DNA from: Candidatus Microgenomates bacterium
GTDB lineage: Bacteria; Patescibacteriota; JACPGU01
Assembly (NCBI GenBank): GCA_016188915.1
Contig: JACPGU010000002.1
Span: forward strand, 241,211 to 305,210
Reading direction: 5' to 3'
DNA: 64,000 nucleotides
Below the pieces are notes generated by a model. That model saw nothing but the letters and a program-made list of their open reading frames with translations. It ran no database searches and had not been told where the DNA came from. A program made the position numbers and the translations under genes. Below are positions 9,924-18,800 of the stretch, one piece after another; position 1 is the first letter of the stretch, and the number at the start of each line of letters is the position of its first letter.

Positions 9924-10226
9924 ATGTGGAGACCAATTTTTGATACTAGCCAGATAAAACCAGGCCAAATCAAATCTGTTACGATAGATGGCAGAGCGAT
10001 AGCTATTTATAATGTTGAGGGGGAAATTTACGCCACAGGTGATACCTGCAGTCATGAACAAGTGTCTTTATCTGAAGGATATTTGGACGGATGCGTAGTA
10101 GAATGTGACGCTCACGGAGCCAAATTTGATATTCGGACAGGCGAGGTCAAATCTTTACCGGCAACTGTCGGCATCAAAACTTATCCTGTTAAAATAGAAA
10201 ACGGAGTGATACATATAAATTACTAA
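9924..10226 (+). CDS. Rieske-type [2Fe-2S] ferredoxin
   Basis: CSH...CDAH ligands, GAKFDIRTG. Confidence 0.93.
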   Translation: MWRPIFDTSQIKPGQIKSVTIDGRAIAIYNVEGEIYATGDTCSHEQVSLSEGYLDGCVVECDAHGAKFDIRTGEVKSLPATVGIKTYPVKIENGVIHINY

Positions 10227-10236
10227 TATCTAAATT

Positions 10237-11454
10237 TTGTTAAAATCAATCAGAAAACAATTTCCCATATTGGATTCCAAAAACACTCGCGGTCAAAAAT
10301 TGGCCTATCTTGATAATGCTTCAACCACACAAAAGCCGAAAGTAGTGCTACGCGCTATTTCCGATTTTTATCAAAATTTTTGCGCCAATACACATCGTGG
10401 GGTTTACCAGCTGGCGGAAAATGCCACGCAGATTTTTGAAACTAGTCGCGAGATCGTGCAAAAATTCATCAATGCTCGCTATAGAGAAGAAATCATTTTT
10501 ACCAGCGGAACAACAGAATCTATCAATCTTTTGGCGCAAGCCTGGGGAGAAGAAAATATTAATCAAAATGATGAGATTATTCTCACGGAGATGGAACACC
10601 ATAGCAATCTAGTCCCTTGGCAGATTTTAGCGCAAAAAAAAGGCGCTCGTTTGCTTTTTATTCCCATCACTGCCGATGGGCAGCTGGACATGGCAGTTTA
10701 TGAAAAAATGCTGTCTTCAAAAACGAAATTGGTAGCACTTACCCATCTCTCCAATGTTTTGGGAACGATTAATGATATCAACTTTATCGTAAAAAAAGCA
10801 AAGAAATTCGGCGCGACCACTTTTGTTGACGCGGCGCAAAGCGTAGCCCATCTTGCACTTGACGTGCAAAAAATAAATTGTGATTTTTTGGCTTTTTCCG
10901 CGCATAAAATGTATGGACCTTTTGGACTGGGGGTACTTTATGGAAAAAGGGAGATTTTAGAAAAAATGTCACCCTACCAATATGGCGGTGAAATGATCAG
11001 AGAGGTCAATAAAGAAAAATCGTCCTGGAATAATCTGCCATACAAATTTGAAGCGGGAACACAAAATATCGCGGGAGCGGTGGGATTAGCGATGGCGATT
11101 GGCTTCCTCCGCAGGATAGGTTTTGCCAAAATCTCAAAACATGAGAGAAGTCTCTCCCATTATGCTATGAAAAAATTGAGTAAAAATAAAAATATCACAA
11201 TCTATGGGCCCTCTACTCGCGGAGCGGTAATTGCTTTTACTCACGATTTTATCCACCCGCATGATTTGTCGGCGATTTTAGATGCCAAACAAAATGTAGC
11301 TACTCGTTCTGGCCATCATTGCGCTATGCCCTTAGCCAAAAAAATAGGGGTAGAAGCCACCTGTCGTGTCAGTTTTGGTATTTATAATACCAAAGAAGAA
11401 ATAGATCGTTTGATGAAAGGGATTTTGTCGGCTGAAAAAATATTTAACAAATGA
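10237..11454 (+). CDS. sufS: Cysteine desulfurase SufS
   Basis: YLDNASTTQKP, EHHSN, SAHKMYGP, RSGHHCA; TTG start. Confidence 0.97.
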   Translation: MLKSIRKQFPILDSKNTRGQKLAYLDNASTTQKPKVVLRAISDFYQNFCANTHRGVYQLAENATQIFETSREIVQKFINARYREEIIFTSGTTESINLLAQAWGEENINQNDEIILTEMEHHSNLVPWQILAQKKGARLLFIPITADGQLDMAVYEKMLSSKTKLVALTHLSNVLGTINDINFIVKKAKKFGATTFVDAAQSVAHLALDVQKINCDFLAFSAHKMYGPFGLGVLYGKREILEKMSPYQYGGEMIREVNKEKSSWNNLPYKFEAGTQNIAGAVGLAMAIGFLRRIGFAKISKHERSLSHYAMKKLSKNKNITIYGPSTRGAVIAFTHDFIHPHDLSAILDAKQNVATRSGHHCAMPLAKKIGVEATCRVSFGIYNTKEEIDRLMKGILSAEKIFNK

Positions 11455-11460
11455 TTTTTT

Positions 11461-11823
11461 ATGGATATCTATCAGCAAAATATTTTGGACCATTATAAAA
11501 ATCCTCGCTATTTCGGAGAGATTGATGATGCTGACCATACTAAATGTTTGGAAAATCCCAGTTGCGGAGACAAAATCTGTATTGCTACAAGCTGTAAATT
11601 TTTCCGGTTTTCCGGCTCTGGTTGCGCTATATCGATGGCAACAGCTGATATTTTGCTGGAGTATGTGATAAAAAATAAATTAACTTTTCGGCAGATTTTG
11701 CGATTAAAAAAAGAAAATATTTTGGATTTGATAAAGATAGATTTACAGCCAGTGCGTCTCAAATGCGCTCTATTGCCCTTGGAGGTTTTGCAAAAAATGT
11801 TGGCCGAAATAGAGAAAAAATAA
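11461..11823 (+). CDS. sufU: SufU/NifU-like scaffold or sulfur-transfer protein
   Basis: ILDHYKNPR, NPSCGD, GSGCAIS, RLKCA. Confidence 0.9.
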   Translation: MDIYQQNILDHYKNPRYFGEIDDADHTKCLENPSCGDKICIATSCKFFRFSGSGCAISMATADILLEYVIKNKLTFRQILRLKKENILDLIKIDLQPVRLKCALLPLEVLQKMLAEIEKK

Positions 11824-11920
11824 TTTATCCACATTTTGGCGATTTACGCTAATTGACAGATGGTCTATAATATTAGTGATTAAAACAGCCCTTATTGGCT
11901 GTGTATAACTTTGTCAAAGA

Positions 11921-12637
11921 ATGAATTTTTTTGAAAAACATTTGCGCAAATTGGAAGTAGAAACAACCACCTTGGTCTTGGTAGCTACTTTAGTTTTAGG
12001 TGGGGTAGGAACTTCTCTTTACACTAACGCGGCGGCTACCCCCACTTTTAATCAGACCATTAACGCGGGGACTTTATCTACTGATATTCGAGATGCCAGC
12101 CGGGTAACTGTCGGCAGTCCGGCAGTAGCCATGGGCGCCAAAACTTTTAGCTTTGATTGTCTATCAGGCGGTTCAGCTGCTACTGGTACCTTGGGTTCAG
12201 CATCAGAAAGAATCTATGTGGACAATCCAGATGCCGCAGATAACGGTTGGACTTTGGCTATCGCGGCCACCGGTGGAGCTACTTCTACTTGGTCAGACGG
12301 CGGTTCCAACACTTATGATTTCAATGATTCTTCTGGTTCTGGTTGTACTGATGGAGCTGACGCTGACAGTAAGGGAGGACAGATGACTATTAACCCATCC
12401 GTAGGTTCAACCACGACCGATTATTCTGGCTCTGACACTACCGGTATTACTTTGGGCAACTCAACGGCTTTTGTTCAGGGCACTACGGATAGTGTCACCT
12501 TGGTGACAGCAGCTAATACTTCAGCAGATATTTGGCGGGGTTATTTCACGGGAGTAACTGTTTCCCAAACTATCCCAGCTGAACAAACGGCGGCCGCCTA
12601 TACTTTACAGTTTACCATCACAGTCTCTGCTTCGTAA
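11921..12637 (+). CDS. Secreted WxL-like protein (candidate major pilin)
   Basis: Signal peptide ending near TNA/A; GWTL motif; C-terminal IPAEQ...YTLQFTITV; homologous to the last ~185 aa of 15893-23233. Confidence 0.7.
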   Translation: MNFFEKHLRKLEVETTTLVLVATLVLGGVGTSLYTNAAATPTFNQTINAGTLSTDIRDASRVTVGSPAVAMGAKTFSFDCLSGGSAATGTLGSASERIYVDNPDAADNGWTLAIAATGGATSTWSDGGSNTYDFNDSSGSGCTDGADADSKGGQMTINPSVGSTTTDYSGSDTTGITLGNSTAFVQGTTDSVTLVTAANTSADIWRGYFTGVTVSQTIPAEQTAAAYTLQFTITVSAS

Positions 12638-12655
12638 TTTCTAACATTTTAAAAA

Positions 12656-13849
12656 ATGGCCAAAACAAAGAAAAAAAATATTAAATTAAAATACTTTGTC
12701 AGCCTCGTTTTCGCGGTCGTGATTTTGCTGTCAGGCTCTCCATCTTGGGCCATAGAATACGGTGGTATTGGTGGCCGGCCAGCCTATCCGCAGCCAGGCA
12801 ACGCTAGAAGCGAATCTATTTTTATCCATACAGCCGAGCCAGGCCAAATAGTCTCCGAAGGAGTAAAAGTTATCAATAATAGTGAGACTACCAGGACGAT
12901 TTCAGTCTACTCTACTGATTCGGTGGTTTCTTCTGGAGGTGCTTTTGCTTGCGCTCAAAAAGTAGATGCCAAAGAAAATGTGGGCGGTTGGATATCTTTG
13001 GAGAAAGAAATGGTCACTTTGCGCTCATTGTCTTCGGAGGTTATTCCTTTTACTATCAATGTTCCGCAAAATGCCGGTGTGGGCGAACAGTCAGGCTGTA
13101 TCGTTATTCAAGAGATGAAAGACTCGTCCGCCGGTCAAAATTTGAATGGTTTGGCGCTTTCTTTTCGCACTGCTATTCGCGTTTCTGTGACGGTACCGGG
13201 AGATATTACCAAAAAATTAGAGATTACGGGATTTTCTAAAACAAAAGGAGAAAAAGGCAAAATAATCTTTCAGCCCAAGGTGAAAAATCTTGGTAATGTC
13301 TCTGTTGATGCCGATGTGGAAGTCCGTCCCAAATATTTTTTTGGAGCAAGCGTCAAAGGAGATGATGGAAAAAAAATTGTTCTAGGTGGGGAATACCCGA
13401 TTTTACGCGGGCAAGAATCGGAATGGAATATGGATATGAAAAGTCCTTTTTGGGGCGGTCTATATCAGGCTATTCTTGCCGTTCGTTATAATGCCGATCC
13501 GAAGGTAGACGAGAACATAACGCAAGATGTCATCTGGACACATCTCTCTGTTTCACCAGTTTGGTTTTTTGTCTGGCCCAGTCTTCCCGCCTTGGCAATG
13601 GAGATAATTATTCTTTTAGCTATCTTGGCCTTGCTTTATTTCGTGATAATCGTGCAAAAAAGAAAATCTTGGATCAAGCACAGTTGGATTGAGCACAAAG
13701 TAAAATCCGGCGACAGCGTGGAGCATCTAGTGGAGCATTATCATGTCGCGTGGAAACTTTTTGTCAAAACCAATCACTTGAGGCCTCCGTACACTTTGAA
13801 GGTGGGCGAGACGGTGAAAGTGCCACCAAAGCCGGAAGGGAAGGCTTAA
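12656..13849 (+). CDS. DUF916/DUF3324-like (WxL-interacting) protein with C-terminal TM helix and LysM domain
   Basis: Signal peptide; PGQ...V.N.S, VGGWI, IPFTINVPQNAGVGE.SG.I, second Ig-like domain with KNLGNV; TM; LysM HKVKSGDS...N.L..PY.LKVGETVKVP. Confidence 0.75.
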   Translation: MAKTKKKNIKLKYFVSLVFAVVILLSGSPSWAIEYGGIGGRPAYPQPGNARSESIFIHTAEPGQIVSEGVKVINNSETTRTISVYSTDSVVSSGGAFACAQKVDAKENVGGWISLEKEMVTLRSLSSEVIPFTINVPQNAGVGEQSGCIVIQEMKDSSAGQNLNGLALSFRTAIRVSVTVPGDITKKLEITGFSKTKGEKGKIIFQPKVKNLGNVSVDADVEVRPKYFFGASVKGDDGKKIVLGGEYPILRGQESEWNMDMKSPFWGGLYQAILAVRYNADPKVDENITQDVIWTHLSVSPVWFFVWPSLPALAMEIIILLAILALLYFVIIVQKRKSWIKHSWIEHKVKSGDSVEHLVEHYHVAWKLFVKTNHLRPPYTLKVGETVKVPPKPEGKA

Positions 13850-13852
13850 GAA

Positions 13853-14049
13853 AATGAAGCTCTATGGGCTTTAAGCCCATAGTATCTCTTGTTTCCCTTC
13901 GGGACAAGAGATACGAGCCGTGTGGCTATTCAGCCACATTGATACGGCTCTAATCTGCGTAACATCCTCCGTCCTCCGATTCGGAGAACTCCGGGCTTGG
14001 CTTCATCCATCCCGCCAAGGCGGGATGGATTTCGCCTAAGATGTTATAA
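13853..14049. repeat. Multi-hairpin structured element (candidate non-autonomous IS200/IS605-type element or ncRNA)
   Basis: At least five stems, including CTATGGGC/GCCCATAG, GTATCTCTTGT/ACAAGAGATAC, GAGCCGT/ACGGCTC, ATCCATCCCGCC/GGCGGGATGGAT, and long-range TAACATC/GATGTTA. Confidence 0.6.
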
Positions 14050-14088
14050 AAAATTAAGAAATTAAGAAAATAATCATTACCTACATCT

Positions 14089-14120
14089 TCTCGCCCGCTC
14101 TGTTAGCGGGCGAGATTTTT
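14089..14120. terminator. Terminator hairpin between convergent genes
   Basis: TCTCGCCCGCT-CTGTT-AGCGGGCGAGA followed by TTTTT. Confidence 0.65.
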
Positions 14121-14189
14121 GATAGAAAAAACCCGCCACTTGTAAGTAGCGGGCGAAGTGAGCAAGCAAGGTAGAGTTCCCCTACCTTT

Positions 14190-15716
14190 TTATTTCAGTA
14201 TGAGTTCTGATGGTGGGCGAAATTTGTAGCAGACTCTAAGCGCGTCGTGGATAGGGTGTCCCAGAAAGTTCGCGAAGAAGTCCTGCTCTGGTTCCTCGTC
14301 CTTTTTGTCAAAGAGTTCCAGCGCGCGGTCGACGACGGCAAAGAAGCTGGCCCACCATTTGCGAGTGCCGAGGCGCGCCGTCATAGAGCATCCGTCCACC
14401 ATGGCGTCAATGCCTCTTTTTTCCATGTAGGAGAGGAGCGAGTCGAAGAGTTCAATCCAGCTCTCGTTGGCGATCTCGGTCCAGACATGGCCGTGTTCGG
14501 ACAATACATCGGTTAAAGCCATCAGAATAGCGATGAGCGCTCCGGCCGAAATGGTGTTGATGCTGTTATCTTCCTTTTTGGCGATAGATTCTCTTGCCTT
14601 GGGGCCGACCACCCTCCACATATTGGTCTTGGCGATTGGAGGAAGATCTTTACCGCCCAAGCGTTGGTTGGCCATGATGACGCTTCTGATCTCGTTGCCT
14701 GATGCCACCTCGTCATAAATCTCAGCGATGAGCGCCTTGGCTCCCGGATAGACGAAATTGTAGATGCGCCGAAACTGTTCTCCGCCGGTAAGAAAGTCCT
14801 CCTGAATGTACTCAAAAAGCGCCTTGACTCCGAATCGGGAACAGTACTGGCGGATGACGCGAGCCACCTGATCCACGGAATCGATGAAGGATTCTTGCTG
14901 GCCCATCTTATGGCGAATGAAATATTGGTAGAGAGCTTCCACCAGTCCGAAGGGAGCGGCCAGCAAGCCCGATCTTTCACCAGTCAGGTCGCTGATACAC
15001 TCCTTTTCCAGAGTGGTTTGGAACATGAAGGGCGCGCCAATCAATGTTCCCCAAGCGAGCGTCACATCGGTGGCTTCCTCAATGGAGGCGCCCCCATTTT
15101 GTTCCACGGTGATGGAGCAATTGATGCCCGATCCTTGCTGGAAAAGTCGTCTCACAGTGTCGCCCATGCCCTTGGGGCAACAGCCGATGATGTTGATGTG
15201 CTTGGGTATCCTGATTCCCTCGTCTTTGAGGTATTTGATCAGAAACCCATGCGAGAAGCCCAGGAAAGCGCCTTTTTTCATCAAGGAGAAGATCTTCCGG
15301 TAGTGCATCACTTGCGCGTTGTCGTTGATGAGGAGTAATACCAGGTCAGATTTCTTGACGACGGCAAACATTTCTCCGAGGGTGCCATTTTCTTCGGTGA
15401 AGCCGGCCTCTCTTGCCTCGGAGGCGGACTGACTGCCCTCCCGTAGGCCGACGACGACTTTGATACCCGAGCCCTTCAGGCAGCCCCATAAATTTTGAGC
15501 TTGAGCCGGCGCTTGCGAGCCCCAGCCGATGACGCCGATTTGCTTGATGCCGGCTTCTTTGAGCGCCCTGATGGCTGTCGCTCTTTGTCTTTCCCCTCCT
15601 TTGACGATCTGTTCGGTTGTGCCTCCGATTTTGATCTCCTCCGTCCGGAAAAATGCCGAAAGAATCTCATTGCCTTTTTGCAGATCGGGATTTCTCGTTT
15701 CTGTTACTGTGGTCAT
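14190..15716 (-). CDS. ilvC: Ketol-acid reductoisomerase, long class II, plant/plastid-like
   Basis: IKQIGVIGWGSQAPAQAQNL, GFTEENGTLG, SHGF, CPKGMG, SDLTGER, VASGNEIRSV, NESWIE, CSMTARLG; SD GAGGTG. Confidence 0.93.
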   Translation of the reverse strand: MTTVTETRNPDLQKGNEILSAFFRTEEIKIGGTTEQIVKGGERQRATAIRALKEAGIKQIGVIGWGSQAPAQAQNLWGCLKGSGIKVVVGLREGSQSASEAREAGFTEENGTLGEMFAVVKKSDLVLLLINDNAQVMHYRKIFSLMKKGAFLGFSHGFLIKYLKDEGIRIPKHINIIGCCPKGMGDTVRRLFQQGSGINCSITVEQNGGASIEEATDVTLAWGTLIGAPFMFQTTLEKECISDLTGERSGLLAAPFGLVEALYQYFIRHKMGQQESFIDSVDQVARVIRQYCSRFGVKALFEYIQEDFLTGGEQFRRIYNFVYPGAKALIAEIYDEVASGNEIRSVIMANQRLGGKDLPPIAKTNMWRVVGPKARESIAKKEDNSINTISAGALIAILMALTDVLSEHGHVWTEIANESWIELFDSLLSYMEKRGIDAMVDGCSMTARLGTRKWWASFFAVVDRALELFDKKDEEPEQDFFANFLGHPIHDALRVCYKFRPPSELILK

Positions 15717-15892
15717 CTCGTCACCTCGCGTAGTTAGATTTTTAACGCTAAATATAGCTTATTTTATTATACCAAAAAAAATAAAAACAGCAATATTTAT
15801 CTTGTAATAGCCGAAATTAGACATGTTAGATTGGGGAAAAGTGAGGGTTTTCTCCTCTTCTAAACCTTATTTTTATCTTGTAAAATAAAGGT

Positions 15893-18800
15893 ATGGTGAA
15901 AAAACATTCACCAAAGGGCAAAAAAGCGCGGATCGGCGACGCTTTGTTCACTTTGAGAAAAAGAGGCAAAAGCCCCTGGTTTTTTGCTGTTTTTTTAATT
16001 GTTTTATTTTTAATAGGACAATTAACGAGCAAAGCCTATGCAGCCAATTTTTATCCCAATCTTTGTTTTGGTACTGCCGATAGCAAAAAAGCGGTCGGGC
16101 AGATTAAAAATAGCGCGTCTGATCAGACCCCTTCAGAATTTGCAGTAACAATAGACGAAGAGAACGTGACATTGGATTGCGCGCAATTTCGTGATGAGGG
16201 AAAATCCAGCAGAGTGCGCAAGGTGCAGGAAGCAACGCTAAAGATTTTTTGGAGTACGAATACAGATAGTATTGGCGAAGGGGCAAAAGCGAGTTTTTGG
16301 CAAACAAAGAAAGCTTTGGCGGCCGATGAAGAGACTACGACAGAAATTGTTAGCGAGAAAATAACAGAAGAGATAATTGCTCCGGAACAAATAGAAAACG
16401 TAATTTCTGGCCAGACAATAGGAACAACAGAGCCGATAGAAGATACAGTTTCCGATCAAGACGCGCAAATAAATAAGGCAACTATCGCTATTTCTTATAC
16501 TTTGGATAATGCCATTTGGCAAGATTTGGCAAATGTTGGGATAAATAATCTTGCGACAGAATTTCCTCTAAATCTCAAAGATTCAAGCGATATCGCCAAT
16601 TTCCATTTGCGTGTCACTTCAATCGGAGATTTTGGTCAAAATTTGGTTTTGTTAGACGGTTTTGCCATTAGCGCTGTATTCCAAAACGATTTTAGCGATG
16701 AAGAAATAGAGGCTTTACCTAGGGTAGATATTGGCGAAGAACTTTTTGTCGCGCCCAAAAAAGATTTCCGGGCAGATGAAGCAGTGGAATTTGAAATCAA
16801 AGGCTTTCAAGATGCGGGCACTTCGCAAAACCCAACTGCTTCTCTATCTGAAGCCCGAAGTATTAGTATTGCAAATCTTAAATCTCCCGCCCACCTTGTT
16901 GCGCAAGGTGTTGTGGGCAGGCAAATCTCAAATCTTCAATATATTTTCCCAGCTCATGCTGAAGAAATCACGGCTGGCGCAGTGCAGGTTTTGACCGCTG
17001 AAGTTTATGATCCTATTGGCAACACTGGAACGATAACACCTTTGGTGCAAGAAATAGGAGGAACGACCAAGATCATTGTCAACAAGCCCACTCGTGGATT
17101 CCGTCCCGGCAGGTATCGCTTGCATCTGGAAGTTTTGGATTTGGCTTCCAGCCAAATTCTTATTTCCGATCAAAATTTTACTTGGGGAGTTTTGGCTATC
17201 AACCTTAACAAATCGGTATATTTGCCCTTTGAAAGTGCTTATTTGCAAATGGGAGTGCTAGACGATCAAGGTTCTACCATCTGCAATGCTAATTTAAAAT
17301 TGGAAATAACAGATCCTTTGGGTGGGTTTACGATTTTGACGACCGCTTCTGGGTCGATTTCTTTAAGTGATCAATGTGATAAAAATAATGTGACGGACAC
17401 ACCCGATTATTTCGCTTATTATACAACCGGGGATCTCGGTGTCTATCAAATGACGCTGACCAATCTTACCAATCTTTATTCCGTTACAGACACTTTTGAG
17501 GTCAGAAACTATGCGCCGATGACGATAGAAAGAATCTCGGCCACGCGCATCAATCCCTTTAAGGCCAATTATCGAATGATTTTTGAATTGCGTGCCAACG
17601 AGGCTTTCTCCGGTGCTTTTTCTGAAACTCTGCCGGATAATTTTGAAGTAATTGATCCGACTATTAATAATGATACGGCTTACGATTTACTAATAACTTC
17701 CGGCGACAAAAAAATTATTTCTTGGAATCTCAGTCTCAATCGCAACCAGAGAAAAACCATTACCTATACTTACGATTCACCTGATGTTTCTCCTCAGCTT
17801 TACTTGGCAGGACCAGCTTCGGCGGGTACGATTTTTACCGAAACCAGAAATTGGCAGATCGCATCCGACGCTGCTTGCTCTTCTAACGGTACGGGCAATT
17901 GGAGTAATGGCGCCACATGGTCAGGATGTACGGGAACGGGAGGCGTGCCGGCGGCAGATGATACTATCACCATAACTGACGGTCATGCGGTAACATTGGA
18001 CACCACGGCCACCGTCGCGGGGCTTACTCTCTGCGACTCGGCGTGCAATGCCGATACTTCTTTGACCCATAGCGGGAGCAATGCCCTGACAGTCAATGGC
18101 ACGGTGACCATCAATGGTGGCGCCGGCGCCGGCGACAACACGCTCTGGACTATCAACGGTGGTTCGGCCACCGTTTCGGGAGCAATATCGTATAATCCGC
18201 AGTCTACGACTGGTGGTCGCGATGCCAAAATAGCACTATCCACCGGTACGCTCAACGCCAACGGAGGAATCGTCTTTGAGAATACCGCCGGCTCGGAAGA
18301 CAACCAAATGCTGGCGATGACCAGCACCGCGACTGTCAATCTCAAAGGGAGTATCAGCAATCAAACTCTTGCCGATATTCAGCCGGGGACGACGAGTACC
18401 TTTGTCTATATTGATAGCGCGGCGGCGCAGACGGTTGTCTTTGACGCGACCAGTTCCACCTACGCCAAGCTGACTTTCAGCAACACGCACGCTAGTGGCG
18501 TAACGCTTGGCGCGGCGCTTACCGCTACCAATACAACGGGGGACGTCAATGTCCTGCACGGAATATTTGTAACGGGCGGTTACAATATGACTGGTACCGG
18601 TTCCAATACGCTAACTATGAGCAACGGCTCGCAATTTGATCAGACGGGTGCTACTCTCATCAGCAGTTTCGCCGGTCTTTCCACTAGCGCGACGAGCACC
18701 TACCGACTTTTGACCACCAACGCCACTTTTTCCATGGCGACTTTGATCTATGGCAATGTGGTTGTTTCGCCGCAGGCCAACAATGTGGCGGTGACGCCCA

